Below, one piece after another: positions 19,756 to 27,448 of a DNA stretch of 64,000 bases. Position 1 is the stretch's first letter. Every line of letters starts with the position of its first letter. Position numbers and translations under genes: made by a program. This DNA is from Spirobacillus cienkowskii (lineage in GTDB: Bacteria; Bdellovibrionota_B; Oligoflexia; Silvanigrellales; Silvanigrellaceae): contig NZ_CP146516.1 of NCBI RefSeq assembly GCF_037081835.1, positions 2,109,577 to 2,173,576 on the forward strand, read 5' to 3'. The notes beneath the pieces are model-generated. The model was not told the DNA's origin, searched no databases, and saw only the letters and a program-made list of their open reading frames with translations.

Positions 19756-21579
19756 ATGAACTCAATATCACTCCCCGAGTTGAATGACTCCGTTTTTTTT
19801 TCTTTAAAAGATTGTTTGCCACAAATTAACAACTGGTTAAATGATTCTTGTATTCTTAGAGAAGATAAAGAAGAAATTTTAAACTTAATTAAAAACAAAA
19901 ACATCGAAGAACTTCGAGATCGTTTTTATCGGGACATAGAATTTGGCACTGGTGGCTTACGGGGCATCATGGGAATGGGCACAAATCGCATGAACCGTTA
20001 TGTTTTGCGTCGCGCTGTTCAAGGTGTTGCAAATTATATTTTAAAATTAGGAGATAAAGAAAAAAATAAAGGAGTTGCCATAGCGTACGACTCAAGAAAT
20101 AACTCTCATTTTTTTGGTTTAGAAGCTGCCTGTGTGTTGGCCGCCAATAACATTCCTTGTTTTATTTTTAATACCCTACAACCAACTCCCTTACTCTCTT
20201 ATACAATAAGAAAGTTAGGATGTATCAGTGGGTTTTGTTTTACAGCAAGTCACAATCCACCAGAATACAATGGGATAAAAATTTATTGGGATGATGGGGC
20301 ACAAGTTATTTCTCCACACGATACAGAAATTTTAAAAGAAGTTTATGCAATTTCTAGTTTTTCAGCTGCAAAATTTTTAAACTACGACGATGCGATCCAA
20401 AAACAACTCATTCGATTTATACCGCAAGAAACAATTGATAGTTACTTTCAAGAAATCAAAAATCTAAGTAACAGAAATGAATCTGAACTCGACAAAACAA
20501 TACAAATTGTCTACACTCCTCTACATGGCACAGGAAAAATTCCAACTCTTATTGCGTTAAATTCTTTAGGCTACAAAAATGTTTTTGTCGTGCCCGAACA
20601 AGCCGAACCAAATGGTAATTTTCCAACTGTTTCTAAGCCAAATCCAGAAGAAAAAGAAGCTCTTCTTTTAGCAATTCAATATGCTCAAAAAATGAATGCC
20701 GAATGCGTTTTGGCAACCGACCCCGATTCTGACAGACTTGCCTTAGTGTGCAAAGAGCCTGTACTTGCGCATTCGCTGATGAAACATCAAGCTGTTGGTG
20801 ACTATGTCCTGTTAAATGGCAATCAAACTGGTGCATTAATAATAGAGTATCTCTTAAAATCTATGCACAGCAATAAAACGTTAACCCCTCAGCACAAAAT
20901 TGTGAAAACAATAGTAACCTCAGAACTTCATGAACAAATTTGTAAAAACTACAATGTCGAAGTTTTTAACACGTTAACAGGATTTAAATGGATTGCGGGT
21001 CTAGTGCGAAGTTGGGAAAAAGAGAATAATGGCTATCAGTATCTTTTTGGCACAGAAGAAAGTTTTGGATACATGCCCAATAACAGCGTTCGCGACAAAG
21101 ATGCAATTGCCGCATTATGCCAGGTTATTGAAATGATTTCTTATTATAAAAAACAGGGGCTTTCATTGTGTGAGCAACTGTTTAAAATTTTTGAAAAATA
21201 TGGCGCTTGGCAAGAAGATTTGATTAACCTCGAACTGTATGGAGAAAAGGGCGCGCAACAAATTGAGAGCATCATGAAAACAATGCGTGCAAAACCCATT
21301 TCGACTTGGAATGGTGTTTCCTTAAAAAAAGTGTATGATTTTAATGACATAAACACACAAAACGCGTTTCATGTCCCAAAATCTAATGTGTTGCAATTTC
21401 TTCTCGAAGACGGCAGCAAAATCTCTATGCGACCTAGTGGAACCGAGCCAAAACTCAAGATCTATGTCTCTGTGTGTACAAAAAGAGCAGAGGTTCATCG
21501 AGCCTACCAAGAAACTCTTAATAAAATTCAAAACTTAAGAAAAGAAATCTCTAATTTTATTCATGAAGTCACCCAATAA
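19756..21579 (+). CDS. alpha-D-phosphohexomutase (PgcA-like phosphoglucomutase/phosphomannomutase)
   Basis: Active-site phosphoserine motif TASHNPPEYNGIK. 607 aa. Metal-binding D-x-D-x-D-R region (DPDSDR). Confidence 0.85.
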   Translation: MNSISLPELNDSVFFSLKDCLPQINNWLNDSCILREDKEEILNLIKNKNIEELRDRFYRDIEFGTGGLRGIMGMGTNRMNRYVLRRAVQGVANYILKLGDKEKNKGVAIAYDSRNNSHFFGLEAACVLAANNIPCFIFNTLQPTPLLSYTIRKLGCISGFCFTASHNPPEYNGIKIYWDDGAQVISPHDTEILKEVYAISSFSAAKFLNYDDAIQKQLIRFIPQETIDSYFQEIKNLSNRNESELDKTIQIVYTPLHGTGKIPTLIALNSLGYKNVFVVPEQAEPNGNFPTVSKPNPEEKEALLLAIQYAQKMNAECVLATDPDSDRLALVCKEPVLAHSLMKHQAVGDYVLLNGNQTGALIIEYLLKSMHSNKTLTPQHKIVKTIVTSELHEQICKNYNVEVFNTLTGFKWIAGLVRSWEKENNGYQYLFGTEESFGYMPNNSVRDKDAIAALCQVIEMISYYKKQGLSLCEQLFKIFEKYGAWQEDLINLELYGEKGAQQIESIMKTMRAKPISTWNGVSLKKVYDFNDINTQNAFHVPKSNVLQFLLEDGSKISMRPSGTEPKLKIYVSVCTKRAEVHRAYQETLNKIQNLRKEISNFIHEVTQ

Positions 21580-21630
21580 ATAAAAAAATACTATTAAAAA
21601 TAAGACCCTATCTATCCGAAAAACTATAAG

Positions 21631-22422
21631 ATGGGGGCGTTTCAAATGGGGTCTTTTGAGCAAGAAGCATTTTTAAGAGATATATTATTGGGCTTTGCCG
21701 CTCTCATTGGCCTATTGTATATTTTAGCGATCAATTTAAAAGATTATTGGGTAAGACCCGGAGTTTTTTCCAAAAAAAAGAAAGACAAATCTCAATTTGA
21801 CCCTTCTAAAACAGATTGGAAAGGAGATAATTTAACCACATTTAAACTTCATTTTGACGAACCCCACACAATTTGGGAAATTAATCTTTTTTCAATGCGC
21901 ATGATTCATAAAGAAAAACTATTTTCAACCTTTAAAGGTTTTCCGTGGTTTGAATTTTCAAAATCACAAGTTACTACAGAAAAAATAATGTCACCCATAC
22001 TCCGAAAAATATTTATGAAATATCGCTCAAAATTTGAAAAAGTTCATCCTATTCATGTAACTCGAGTTTCTAGAGAAAGCATTCATTTGTATACATGGCT
22101 ACAAAACGAAACCCATACAAATACAGCTATCTTTAACTTTTTAGATGAAGCCCTGCTGATTGCTTCCGAAGCAAAAATCTATCCAAGTCTTTCGATTATA
22201 TGGGATGATGTGATTTTTATAGAAGTTTTATTTCCAAGTCATCCATTATTAATTAATCTCGAAAAAGAATTTGAAAACACCCAAGGCATAGATTATCATG
22301 TTACGTATTCGCAAGTTAGTTTAAAATTGTGGTTAGCATTTTCTATAGAAAAAATACCTTCTTCTTTAAAAGAAAAAGAAAATAAAATGCCCAAAAAATC
22401 TAAAAACATAAAAGTATCTTAA
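21631..22422 (+). CDS. hypothetical membrane protein (263 aa)
   Basis: N-terminal TM (ILLGFAALIGLLYILAI). No recognisable motif. Confidence 0.4.
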   Translation: MGAFQMGSFEQEAFLRDILLGFAALIGLLYILAINLKDYWVRPGVFSKKKKDKSQFDPSKTDWKGDNLTTFKLHFDEPHTIWEINLFSMRMIHKEKLFSTFKGFPWFEFSKSQVTTEKIMSPILRKIFMKYRSKFEKVHPIHVTRVSRESIHLYTWLQNETHTNTAIFNFLDEALLIASEAKIYPSLSIIWDDVIFIEVLFPSHPLLINLEKEFENTQGIDYHVTYSQVSLKLWLAFSIEKIPSSLKEKENKMPKKSKNIKVS

Positions 22423-22910
22423 CTTATCAATTTTAAAATTTCTTCTCTAATAACTTCTTTTGCATAATACGGCGCCTGTTCCTTTAACCATTTTTCAACC
22501 GTTACTTTAGTGAGTTCTTGCACTACTTTTTCTGATTCAAAACTCATGATAATATTTTCTTCATGACTGTTTTCAATGCCTAAAATTGAATCAACCATTT
22601 TTTTAAAATCTTTACTTAAAAATGGTTTTTCAATAAAATTAACATTTTTCATGCCTTTAAATTCGTCTAAAGAATCAGATTTTTCGTGCATTAATAAAAT
22701 ATTTTTAATTTCATTTTTGTTTTTAAACTTAGTTAATATAAACAAATCAATATGAGAAATTATCATATCAAATTCTTTAGATCTTAATAGTTTTTCAAAA
22801 TCTGTTAAATTTTCTACTATAGTAAAATTATAAATACTCGCATTAGAAAAAACTAATTTTACAACCTTATGTAACAAGACACTATTTTCAAAAAAAAGAA
22901 TTTTTTTCAT
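22419..22910 (-). CDS. receiver-like (CheY-like) domain protein lacking the canonical acidic pocket; possible pseudo-receiver
   Basis: The KILFFENS... (DD to EN), ...IISHIDL..., ...KPF pattern matches the receiver fold, with a conserved K in KPF. The ATG is at 22910. Confidence 0.3.
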   Translation of the reverse strand: MKKILFFENSVLLHKVVKLVFSNASIYNFTIVENLTDFEKLLRSKEFDMIISHIDLFILTKFKNKNEIKNILLMHEKSDSLDEFKGMKNVNFIEKPFLSKDFKKMVDSILGIENSHEENIIMSFESEKVVQELTKVTVEKWLKEQAPYYAKEVIREEILKLIS

Positions 22911-23015
22911 TAACCTCAACCTCGCATAATTTGTAAATTTGGACAAATACCTATATCTTATAATATTTTATTTTAGATCCTTGCTCAATTTATTGGAACT
23001 AAGGTAAATTTCGTT

Positions 23016-23035
23016 TGTGGCAAACTGTTGCCACA
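23016..23035. promoter_or_regulatory. perfect inverted repeat TGTGGCAA-actg-TTGCCACA upstream of the coaD-like gene (operator-like)
   Basis: 8-bp arms with a 4-nt spacer, about 60 nt upstream of the start at 23095. Confidence 0.35.
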
Positions 23036-23094
23036 TCTTTGGCAGGCCAAGTAAAATCATGACAAATTCCTTGGCAAAAGGTTAAGGAAAAAAT

Positions 23095-24036
23095 ATGCAA
23101 TCTTCCGTTTACGCAGGTTCTTTTGACCCATGGACATTTGGTCATCAGTTTGTTTTAGATTCCGCTTTAGAAGTGTTTGATAAAGTGCATGTTGTTTCTG
23201 CTATCAACCCAGCAAAACAAAGCCTTCTTAAACCCGAAGTCAGGGCGAGGGTTATTGCGCATTCAATCGATCCCTTTATTGATTGGTGGTCGCTCGATCC
23301 TCCATTTCGAGTTGGCGAAAAAGTGATTGTGACATCACAAGAAGGCTTGGTTGCCGACTATGCTAAAGAAAATAATATTAGCCATTTGATTCGAGGGCTA
23401 CGTTCTACCTCCGATTTTGAAGCAGAATTTAATCTTTATTTCTCAAACCAAGCTATTAATCCTAGTTTGCAAACCTGGGCTGTTTTATGTCCACACCATT
23501 TGTTACATTGTTCATCAACATATGTAAAAACTGTTGTCGGCAAACCGCATGTTAAAGATGTTGGTGCAAAATTTGTTGCGCAATCATTAATGTTAAACTG
23601 GGTTCGAGTTATTGGACAAATTTTTGATTTGATCCAAGTTTGTTCTGAGCATCGTTTTGATGTCGATGCCACAAATTTATCAGATGACGATTTATCAGAA
23701 AGTCTACAACTTTTATATTCTAATTTAGCTTGTCGTATTTTACGTATTTCACGTTCAATTCTTGTAAAAACTTCTAAATATGTTGATAACTTTTTAAGAC
23801 AAAATGGTTCTAGACTTCGAGAAGAAGTCAAAGTAAAAAAAACTTATCCTAAAAATGAAATCAATACGCTTTGGGCAATTTTAGCGTATTGCATCGAAGA
23901 AGACGCCATTTTTCCCGATGGCATAGACTCTGGAGTTTCTTATTTACTCTCGTTATCAAAAAAACTTGGCAAAACGTCTACAAAAATTTTCAATCAAGAA
24001 GAAGTAGAAAGTGCATACAAAAATTTAAAAAAATAA
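23095..24036 (+). CDS. coaD: phosphopantetheine adenylyltransferase (CoaD) domain with a ~150-aa C-terminal extension of unknown function
   Basis: N-terminal GSFDPWTFGH (nucleotidyltransferase HxGH) and CoaD-like ...LIRGLRSTSDFEAEFNLYFSN.... 313 aa against about 160 for a typical CoaD. Confidence 0.65.
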   Translation: MQSSVYAGSFDPWTFGHQFVLDSALEVFDKVHVVSAINPAKQSLLKPEVRARVIAHSIDPFIDWWSLDPPFRVGEKVIVTSQEGLVADYAKENNISHLIRGLRSTSDFEAEFNLYFSNQAINPSLQTWAVLCPHHLLHCSSTYVKTVVGKPHVKDVGAKFVAQSLMLNWVRVIGQIFDLIQVCSEHRFDVDATNLSDDDLSESLQLLYSNLACRILRISRSILVKTSKYVDNFLRQNGSRLREEVKVKKTYPKNEINTLWAILAYCIEEDAIFPDGIDSGVSYLLSLSKKLGKTSTKIFNQEEVESAYKNLKK

Positions 24037-24054
24037 AAGAAAAGGATCGTGAAT

Positions 24055-25218
24055 ATGCAACTCAATGCCTATGATTTTCTCAATGCATTTTCTGAAATTG
24101 ACGACTCTCAAAAACTCATTCAAGACACCGTTAAAAAATTTATTAGTGAAAAACTCAAACCTCACATCCATGATTACTATGAACAAGGAGTTTTTCCTTA
24201 TGAGCTCGTTAAAGAAATGGGCGCTCTTGGACTTTTAGGAAGTAACTTAACAGGATATGGCTGCGCTGGGCTTGATGAAGTGTCCTATGGCATTATTATG
24301 AAAGAACTCGAACGGGGAGATAGTGGCCTAAGAAGCTTTGCAAGCGTACAAAGTAGTCTTGCCATGTATGCAATTCATACTTTTGGTTCCGAAGAACAAA
24401 AAAAATATTTTCTTCCTCGCATGGCTCAAGGAGAATGGATTGGTTGCTTTGGTTTAACAGAGCCCGATTTTGGCTCAAACCCTTCTGGCATGAAAACCTT
24501 TGCAAAACAACATGGCGACCATTGGATACTCAATGGTTCAAAAACATGGATCACCAATGCTCCCATTGCACATGTTGCTGTGGTGTGGGCACAAACCGAA
24601 CAGGGTGTTCGCGGTTTTTTGGTAGAAAAAGACAGCAAGGGCTTTAGCGCTCCCAAAATTCATCACAAACTGAGTTTGCGCGCCTCTGTTACAGGCTCAT
24701 TGTTTTTTGATAATTGCGTGGTACCAAATAGCCATGTTTTACAAAAATCTGAAGGCATAAAAAGTGCATTAATGTGCTTAAATCAAGCACGATTTGGCAT
24801 TATTTTTGGCGTACTCGGAGCCGCCGAAGATTGTTTGGATGAAGCTTTGTCTTATACAAGTCAAAGAATTGTATTTCATAAACCGCTTTCCGGGCATCAG
24901 CTTATTCAAAGAAAACTCGCATTAATGAGCAGCGAAATTGCAAAAGGGAATCTTCTTGCAATGCAACTCGCAAAACTCAAACATAGTAAAAAAGTACATC
25001 CCGCACAAGTTAGTATGGGCAAACAAAGTAACGTGCAAATGGCTCTCGATTGCGCCAGAACCACTCGAGACATTCTTGGCGCCAACGGCATTAGCGGCGA
25101 ATACCGTTGCATGCGACATATGTGCAATCTAGAATCTGTCTATACTTACGAAGGAACAAATGATATTCATTTGTTAATTGTAGGCGAAAAGCTTACTGGT
25201 ATTTCTGCTTTTGGCTAA
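24055..25218 (+). CDS. gcdH: acyl-CoA dehydrogenase, glutaryl-CoA dehydrogenase-like
   Basis: ACAD fold. The GCDH-like segment MAQGEWIGCFGLTEPDFGSNPSGMKT. C-terminal catalytic YEGTNDIH. The ATG at 24055 has an AAGGA RBS. Confidence 0.75.
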   Translation: MQLNAYDFLNAFSEIDDSQKLIQDTVKKFISEKLKPHIHDYYEQGVFPYELVKEMGALGLLGSNLTGYGCAGLDEVSYGIIMKELERGDSGLRSFASVQSSLAMYAIHTFGSEEQKKYFLPRMAQGEWIGCFGLTEPDFGSNPSGMKTFAKQHGDHWILNGSKTWITNAPIAHVAVVWAQTEQGVRGFLVEKDSKGFSAPKIHHKLSLRASVTGSLFFDNCVVPNSHVLQKSEGIKSALMCLNQARFGIIFGVLGAAEDCLDEALSYTSQRIVFHKPLSGHQLIQRKLALMSSEIAKGNLLAMQLAKLKHSKKVHPAQVSMGKQSNVQMALDCARTTRDILGANGISGEYRCMRHMCNLESVYTYEGTNDIHLLIVGEKLTGISAFG

Positions 25219-25233
25219 AGGAATTTAATTTTA

Positions 25234-26010
25234 ATGCATTTGATTGATACCCATTGTCACCTTGTCTCTGATAAACTCAAAAGCTCTCTTCCAGAAATTA
25301 TTCAGCGCGCAGAACAAGCGGGGGTGAAAAAAATTATAAATATTGCCTACGACCCTAATACCATTCAACTTGCGCAAGAACAACTGCATTTTTCTAACAT
25401 CATTTTTACAACTTTAGGAATTCAACCGCACGATGCTGCCACATTTTCAATTGCCGAAGCAGAAAAAGTGCGCAACATCGCCAAACAAAACAATAGAGTT
25501 GTTGGCATTGGAGAAATTGGGCTTGATGGCCATTATAAATTGTCACCTATGGACAAACAAATTGAATGCTTTGAGTATTTTCTTGAAATTGCTCTTGATC
25601 TCAAACTACCCGTTGTGGTTCATGTTCGAGAAACATTTGAAGACGTGTATAGTCGACTCAAGCACTACACAGCAAAAGGATTAACGGGAGTGATTCATTG
25701 CTTTACAGGTACGTTAAGTGAAGCAAAAAAATTTTTAGACTGCAATTTGTATCTTTCTTTTTCTGGAATTGTGACGTTTAAAAACGCCGTAGAACTACAA
25801 AATGTTGCAAAAATAGTGCCAAATGATCGAATTTTAATAGAAACTGATAGTCCTTATTTAGCCCCTGTGCCATTGCGTGGCAAAATAAACGAACCAGCCA
25901 ATATTGCACATACCTGTGAATTTATCGCTAACCTAAGAAACATGGATGCTGTACAATTTTCTAAATTAACAGCCAATAATGCAGAAAGTTTGTTTTTTAG
26001 GATGCGGTGA
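25234..26010 (+). CDS. tatD: TatD family metal-dependent hydrolase (DNase)
   Basis: N-terminal MHLIDTHCHL and the TatD signature pattern; 258 aa. Confidence 0.8.
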   Translation: MHLIDTHCHLVSDKLKSSLPEIIQRAEQAGVKKIINIAYDPNTIQLAQEQLHFSNIIFTTLGIQPHDAATFSIAEAEKVRNIAKQNNRVVGIGEIGLDGHYKLSPMDKQIECFEYFLEIALDLKLPVVVHVRETFEDVYSRLKHYTAKGLTGVIHCFTGTLSEAKKFLDCNLYLSFSGIVTFKNAVELQNVAKIVPNDRILIETDSPYLAPVPLRGKINEPANIAHTCEFIANLRNMDAVQFSKLTANNAESLFFRMR

Positions 26011-26219
26011 GTTTGGGGGCTATGGTTTTAAACGAAAAATACTGATCTTTTTTAAACACTCTAAAGTCAAGCTAGAATGTGTTGTAAACCACTCACAAGA
26101 ATGCGGCCTTGTTTTGTTCAAAAACTAAAAATCCTTAAAATTTTAATATATTATTCATTTCTAACTCATTTTTTTATTCTCATACAATTGACCGGAAAAA
26201 ACATTGCAATTAGAAGGTG

Positions 26220-26254
26220 GCGAGCTTCAAGTGTGAATTGCACATGAAGCTCGC
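26220..26254. promoter_or_regulatory. 10-bp-stem inverted repeat GCGAGCTTCA...TGAAGCTCGC
   Basis: Seen directly, about 80-115 nt upstream of the Rpn-like gene. No T-run follows, so it is unlikely to be a terminator. Confidence 0.4.
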
Positions 26255-26269
26255 AGCAAGTTGTATTTG

Positions 26270-26283
26270 CAGTTTGCAAACTG
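26270..26283. promoter_or_regulatory. perfect 14-bp palindrome CAGTTTGCAAACTG (operator-like)
   Basis: Seen directly, 50 nt upstream of the ATG at 26334. Confidence 0.4.
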
Positions 26284-26333
26284 TAATTACGCAGTGAAAT
26301 TAAAAATAACGTATTTATTGTTAAAGGATTTTT

Positions 26334-27233
26334 ATGTTCCAAACCGAATCTGTCGATATTTTTGACCCCAAAGTGGATTCCATCTTCAAAAAGATTTTTG
26401 GCGAAAAACAAGAACTTTTTATTGACCTTGTTAATAGTGTATTTGCCAACAAAAACGAAAAATTGGTAAAATCTGTTACCTTTGTAAATTCTTCTCTGCC
26501 AAAAAATATGGCCAACGGTAAAGAATGCTTTTTGGATGTTCTTGCTGAACTCGATGACGGCAGCAAAATCAATATTGAAATGCAGGTTGCACCAGAAAAA
26601 CATTATGTCAAAAGAAGTTTGTATTATTGGAGCAGTTTGTATTCCAACCAATTAGAAAATGGAAATCATTACAAAGGCTTAAATCGCTGCGTGTGTATTA
26701 ATATTATAAACTTTAACCTCTTCCCCGAAAACAACAGCTATCATAGAATGTTGTCTGTTTTAGATGTCGATAACCACGAAATTGTTGCCCCAGACCTCGA
26801 AATCCATTATTTAATTATACCCAAAATGCCTAAAGGCATGTATAATGGCAGTATGACAAGGCTTGAAAAATGGTTACTTTTCTTTCAAGCTAAAAACAAA
26901 AAAGTGTTCGAGGAACTCGCTATGCAAGATAGATTATTTGAACAAGCAAAAGAAACTTTGTACTTTTTGAGTCATCATCCCGAAGAAAGAGCCGCATACA
27001 CCCAACGCTTAAAATATTTGCTAGACACCGCTTCTCGAATTGATGAAGCTGAAGCTAGGGGAGAAGCTAGGGGCGAAGCTAGAGGTGAAGCTAGGGGCGA
27101 AGCTAGAGGTGAAGCTAGAGGTGAGCATAAAAAAGCACTTGAGTTTGCAAAAATGTTAAAGGCCAGAGACTTCTCAATGACAGATATTATTAATATGACT
27201 AAACTCACCCCAGAAGAAGTGGAAAATCTTTAA
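26334..27233 (+). CDS. Rpn/YhgA-like PD-(D/E)XK nuclease family protein (the putative-transposase family TIGR01784) with a C-terminal (EARG)x6 repeat
   Basis: N-terminal DxxFKKIF. D...E-x-Q core (ECFLDVLAELDDGSKINIEMQV), typical of Rpn-family proteins. The repeat is in-frame. Confidence 0.55.
   Translation: MFQTESVDIFDPKVDSIFKKIFGEKQELFIDLVNSVFANKNEKLVKSVTFVNSSLPKNMANGKECFLDVLAELDDGSKINIEMQVAPEKHYVKRSLYYWSSLYSNQLENGNHYKGLNRCVCINIINFNLFPENNSYHRMLSVLDVDNHEIVAPDLEIHYLIIPKMPKGMYNGSMTRLEKWLLFFQAKNKKVFEELAMQDRLFEQAKETLYFLSHHPEERAAYTQRLKYLLDTASRIDEAEARGEARGEARGEARGEARGEARGEHKKALEFAKMLKARDFSMTDIINMTKLTPEEVENL
27045..27126 (+). repeat. tandem 12-nt coding repeat gctagRggNgaa x6, encoding EARG EARG ...
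   Basis: Seen directly inside the Rpn-like CDS. Confidence 0.9.
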
Positions 27234-27315
27234 ATTCAATAAATCTTGACTTCCACATCTATTTACCCCGATATTATAATTATAAGTGGATTGGGGTAGC
27301 CCAGTCGGCGTAATA

Positions 27316-27347
27316 GCCTCGGTTCAACCGGGGCTTTAAGCTTTTTT
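27316..27347 (+). terminator. putative rho-independent terminator
   Basis: GCCTCGG-ttcaa-CCGGGGC stem-loop (7 bp, one G-U) followed by tttaagctttttt. Confidence 0.35.
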
Positions 27348-27448
27348 GAGGGAGGGGTATAGCTAAAAAATATTTTTAATTCAAACCACTTACTCCAGTG
27401 TGCGTGAGAAGAAAGCATACAATTAAAAACTCTCCTAGGATTTTTGTA

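Noticed and set aside
23016-23035. Sigma-54 promoter (TGGCA…TTGC) upstream of coaD
   Set aside because: The spacing between the GG and GC dinucleotides is 9 nt, not the canonical 10. The element is a perfect palindrome instead, so it is interpreted as an operator-like inverted repeat.
26166-26651. 161-aa minus-strand ORF overlapping the Rpn-like gene
   Set aside because: It lies antisense to a CDS with clear family motifs and has no RBS or motif. It is most likely a spurious ORF in AT-rich DNA.
27045-27126. Possible CRISPR-like array (regular short repeats)
   Set aside because: The units are 12 nt and contiguous, with no spacers. They lie in-frame inside a CDS, where they encode (EARG)6. 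This is a coding tandem repeat, not CRISPR.
27283-27370. tRNA-like strings (ggggtagcccagtcgg…, and ggggtatagct… a few bases later) downstream of the Rpn-like gene
   Set aside because: No cloverleaf can be built: there is no complementary acceptor 3' strand and no D/T arms. The GC-rich hairpin plus T-run is better explained as a terminator. The remainder is ordinary leader sequence for hrpB.
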